Positions 61,093 through 64,000 of a stretch of DNA of 64,000 nucleotides are shown piece by piece. The notes beneath the pieces are model-generated. The model saw nothing but the letters and a program-made list of their open reading frames with translations, was not told the origin of the DNA and did no database searches. The translations under genes were made by a program, and so were the position numbers. The stretch covers positions 9,426,001-9,490,000 of the forward strand of contig CM052817.1 in the NCBI GenBank assembly GCA_028534125.1, read 5' to 3'. The DNA comes from Lama glama. Taxonomy: Eukaryota. The number at the start of each line of letters is the position of its first letter. The stretch's first letter is position 1.

Positions 61093-62844
61093 TAAAGGAC
61101 TGCTTTTGGCCTTGGAAGCCTGCAATGTGTTAGACACAAAGTAAGACAATGCTAAGAAAGTAAGAACACTATGCTTACGTTAGACCTAAAGAAAATGGTG
61201 TCCAGGGAGATGTAACATGTGAAATGACATGTACTTTTCTTAGAAGATCATCATGTGAATTCTTCTCACATAACAATGCCTGGCACAGAAGAGACACTCA
61301 AAAATGGTTTCAAATAATTTCCCTTCTCTTCACCCTCTCATGCAAATGAAATTAGAGACACAACCCCAGCTTCCACTTGGACTGCTTTTATATTTGCATT
61401 GTCTAATTAATCTTGTTATGACCTGACAGTGGCTACCGTTCTGGCCAGTGTATCCGTATCCCCAGCCCCTGGCAAACATAGCAACCGCTGCCTTTATTAG
61501 ATAATGTCAGATCTTTCCTCCTGGATGTAGTCTCTCTTTGATTTTCTCTCCAGAGCTGTGATGGTATCATTTTCACTTGTAATTTCATCAGCTGTGACAT
61601 AAATAGCCTTTGGTTATTTTGGTTTGGTTTTTATCAGCCTCTTCTTCTGCCTGGCTTAGCACTTAGAAGGTGCTCAATGATATCTGTTGAACGAATGAAC
61701 CTTAGCTTCATCATTTACCAGCTGTGTGATCTTGGGCACATTCCAAGCCTGCCATGACGAGAGAAAATAAATGTTTGTTTTGGAGTTATGCTGCAGCATT
61801 ACAGCTACAATAGCCAGTGACTACGGCCTGCCAACGTGGCGGGGTGGGGATTCATAGAAAGGAGATGCTCAGCAGATAATGCCAAAGACATTTACTAAAG
61901 AATAGCATCCACGCTGTAACCAGGCTCGTTTCTCTAGCCCTTGTTACAATTAACAGACAATCCTGAATTGTAATAACCTCACGTAGAATAAATGCTAAAA
62001 AATGACAGAAGAACTTCTCCAAATCCTACTCTGGGGTTTTTAGAGTATGTAGAAAACCACCGTGGAAAAGAGATGCTTTCTAGGCAAGCGTAATTCTGCT
62101 GCACCAGTGAGGAAGCACATGGGACATGGATGATAAAAGAAAATACCCAGAATGCTTATCTCACTGACACAGCTGCGTTTGGTTTGAGGTATGGGAGGCA
62201 ACTACACGGTCTCTGTACAGACAGTAGATGGGTGAAGAATGTCTCCTTGTCAAAAATTACATCTGTTGATTGTCAGTGAAAACCAAAGCTGGAGTTAATT
62301 TGGAAATCTAATATATGGTCACCTGGAGCTTTATCTCTTCCAAAATGTAAATTCACACTAGTGTAGAACGGGGTTTCCAGCTTGCTGGACACACTTACGT
62401 ATCTGATCTCTTTTCACAAAACGTCCAGTGAAACAGGAATTTTGGACACAACAAGCAGGTGTTTGGCACCATATGTAACTTCATACATAGGGTGAGTCAC
62501 AACCTAGTGTCTTTTGAAGGCATTTGTTAGCTAACAAAGGGTAGCTCTCAAGAGATTTTTTTTTTCAGGCAGTGTAAACAGTCAAAACTGTATTTGTGTA
62601 CCTTAGAATCAAACAGACCTGGATTTGATTCCAGGTCTGCTGTCTAATAAATGTGCATCTCTGGGCACACTGCTTATCACCACTGAGTATTTTCCCTCAT
62701 CTGTAAAATGGAAATAATGCTTAAGTTGAACCAAGTGAACTTTGAAGCCAAGAGAAGTCAAATGTCAAATGTTGGCGACTTCATATCGTTCCGCCTACAC
62801 CTGATTCGCAGGACCGAGTCTCGGAGACTAAGTCCACGTGTGTC

Positions 62845-63430
62845 TACCAGTCAGAACTCTACTATTGCACATGAGACACACCCAACTCAAACTAGCTTTA
62901 GAAAAAGGGAATATCTATCAAATCACCACAATGTACACTTCAAATATCTTTCAATTTTATTTGTCAGTTATACCTCAATAAAGCTGAAACTTAAAAAAAA
63001 TGGGGAGAATGCACTAGCTCACGCAATTGGGCGATTTAGGAATGGTGTTAGCTTCGTGTTAACAAGATCCAGGGGCTCAAATGCTGCCCTGTATCCTCTC
63101 CTTCTCTGCTGCCCCGCTTCCTTCTGTGTCTGCTGACTTTGTCATATGTGCTGGACGGGATGACCAGCGATAATCTAGTCTTCACTAGAAGCAAAAGGGA
63201 CTGCTCTCTCCCACAGGCCATCTCTCTTGCATTACACGCTCAGCCCTCAGCCAGTCACTGTTTGCATTGTGTCATGTGGTCTTTTACTAGGCTTGGTCCA
63301 GCCTGGTTGACTTTCTCACCTCCAGGGAGATGCCAGGAGCAAAGGTAACTGTACATGACAGCCCGGTTAGAACCACAGAAGACAGGGGAGCAGTGCTCAG
63401 AGAATACTGGGGTGCTGGGAAGGCAGAAAA
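62845..63430 (-). mobile_element. Old MaLR LTR (MLT1N-like) containing a short + strand L1 tail (~62915-63000)
   Basis: acccaactcaaactagctt..aaaaagggaat; L1 tail caattttatttgtcagttatacctcaataaagctg+poly(A); gatccaggggctcaaatg. Confidence 0.6.
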
Positions 63431-63537
63431 AAATGTCCACTGCAGTACGTACAACACTTAGCACAGATCCTGACACACAGAATATGTGCTAAAACTAGCT
63501 GGAGACATTTCTGCACTACACTCAAATGGCATAGGAT

Positions 63538-63727
63538 AAAGTGACCAACTTTTCTCAATTTGCCCAGGACTTTCTTGGTGTTAGCACGGTAAGTCTCATG
63601 CCCTGGAAAACTCCTCAGTCCCAGGCAGACCATCTTGGTTTATCTGGACCATCTATATTTTAAAACTGCAGGTCCCATATCTGGGGAATCCCCACAGTCC
63701 CAGGCAAACCAGGATAACTGGTCTCCC
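63538..63727. mobile_element. MER81-like hAT-Blackjack element with internal tandem duplication
   Basis: gtgaccaac...tttgcccaggact...ttagcac...cctcagtcccaggcagacc, then a second ...cccacagtcccaggcaaaccaggataactggtctcc. Confidence 0.7.
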
Positions 63728-64000
63728 AGCTGAAAGCTGGCACTTGCAAGTATAAGTCGTAGCTGCAACTGAGGTCTTGTTAGGTTAGCTTATTAGTTGC
63801 TGCATCATTAGACGAATGATGCGCTGTGGTACACCAAAAATCATGGAAATGGGAGATAAATAGTCTCCTGGGAAAATGCACAGGCTGTGTCCTTCATTTA
63901 CTTACAAGACCTGACCCTTTGCTTTGCCTTCCCCCTCTGCTCTCTGTTTTTCTTTCAGTGCTTTTCTTTCTCCCTTTTCCTCTGTCTTTTCTTTTTTTCC

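Noticed and set aside
60397..61095. 163-aa and 148-aa ORFs
   Set aside because: Largely inside an MLT1 LTR.
1..64000. CRISPR arrays, operons or other prokaryote-type systems
   Set aside because: The sequence is mammalian; no regularly spaced repeat-spacer structure or dense coding was seen.

Overview
Mammalian genomic DNA, almost certainly camelid (alpaca/llama/camel). The evidence is three tRNA-Ala-derived vic-1-type SINEs and young L1 3' ends of artiodactyl/camelid type. The window is intergenic/intronic and dense with interspersed repeats: MIR, L2, MLT1/MLT2/MER21/MER54-type LTRs, MER2/MER82/MER5/MER81/MER94 DNA elements and L1 fragments. It also contains microsatellites and two assembly gaps (100 N and 500 N). 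None of the ORF-track entries is a recognisable intact gene; most are repeat or low-complexity artefacts. The one clearly gene-like region is a repeat-poor block at about 37.7-41 kb. It holds a candidate + strand first coding exon (ATG CCT AGA AAA G|GTAAGC) and a downstream CpG island with a second Kozak ATG, suggesting the 5' end of an unidentified gene with alternative promoters and a long first intron. I found no convincing novel biological system. The best observations are the promoter/uORF architecture, several nested transposon insertions with intact target-site duplications (TSDs), and an extremely short L1 insertion. Repeat subfamily names come from recalled consensus sequences and boundaries are approximate.
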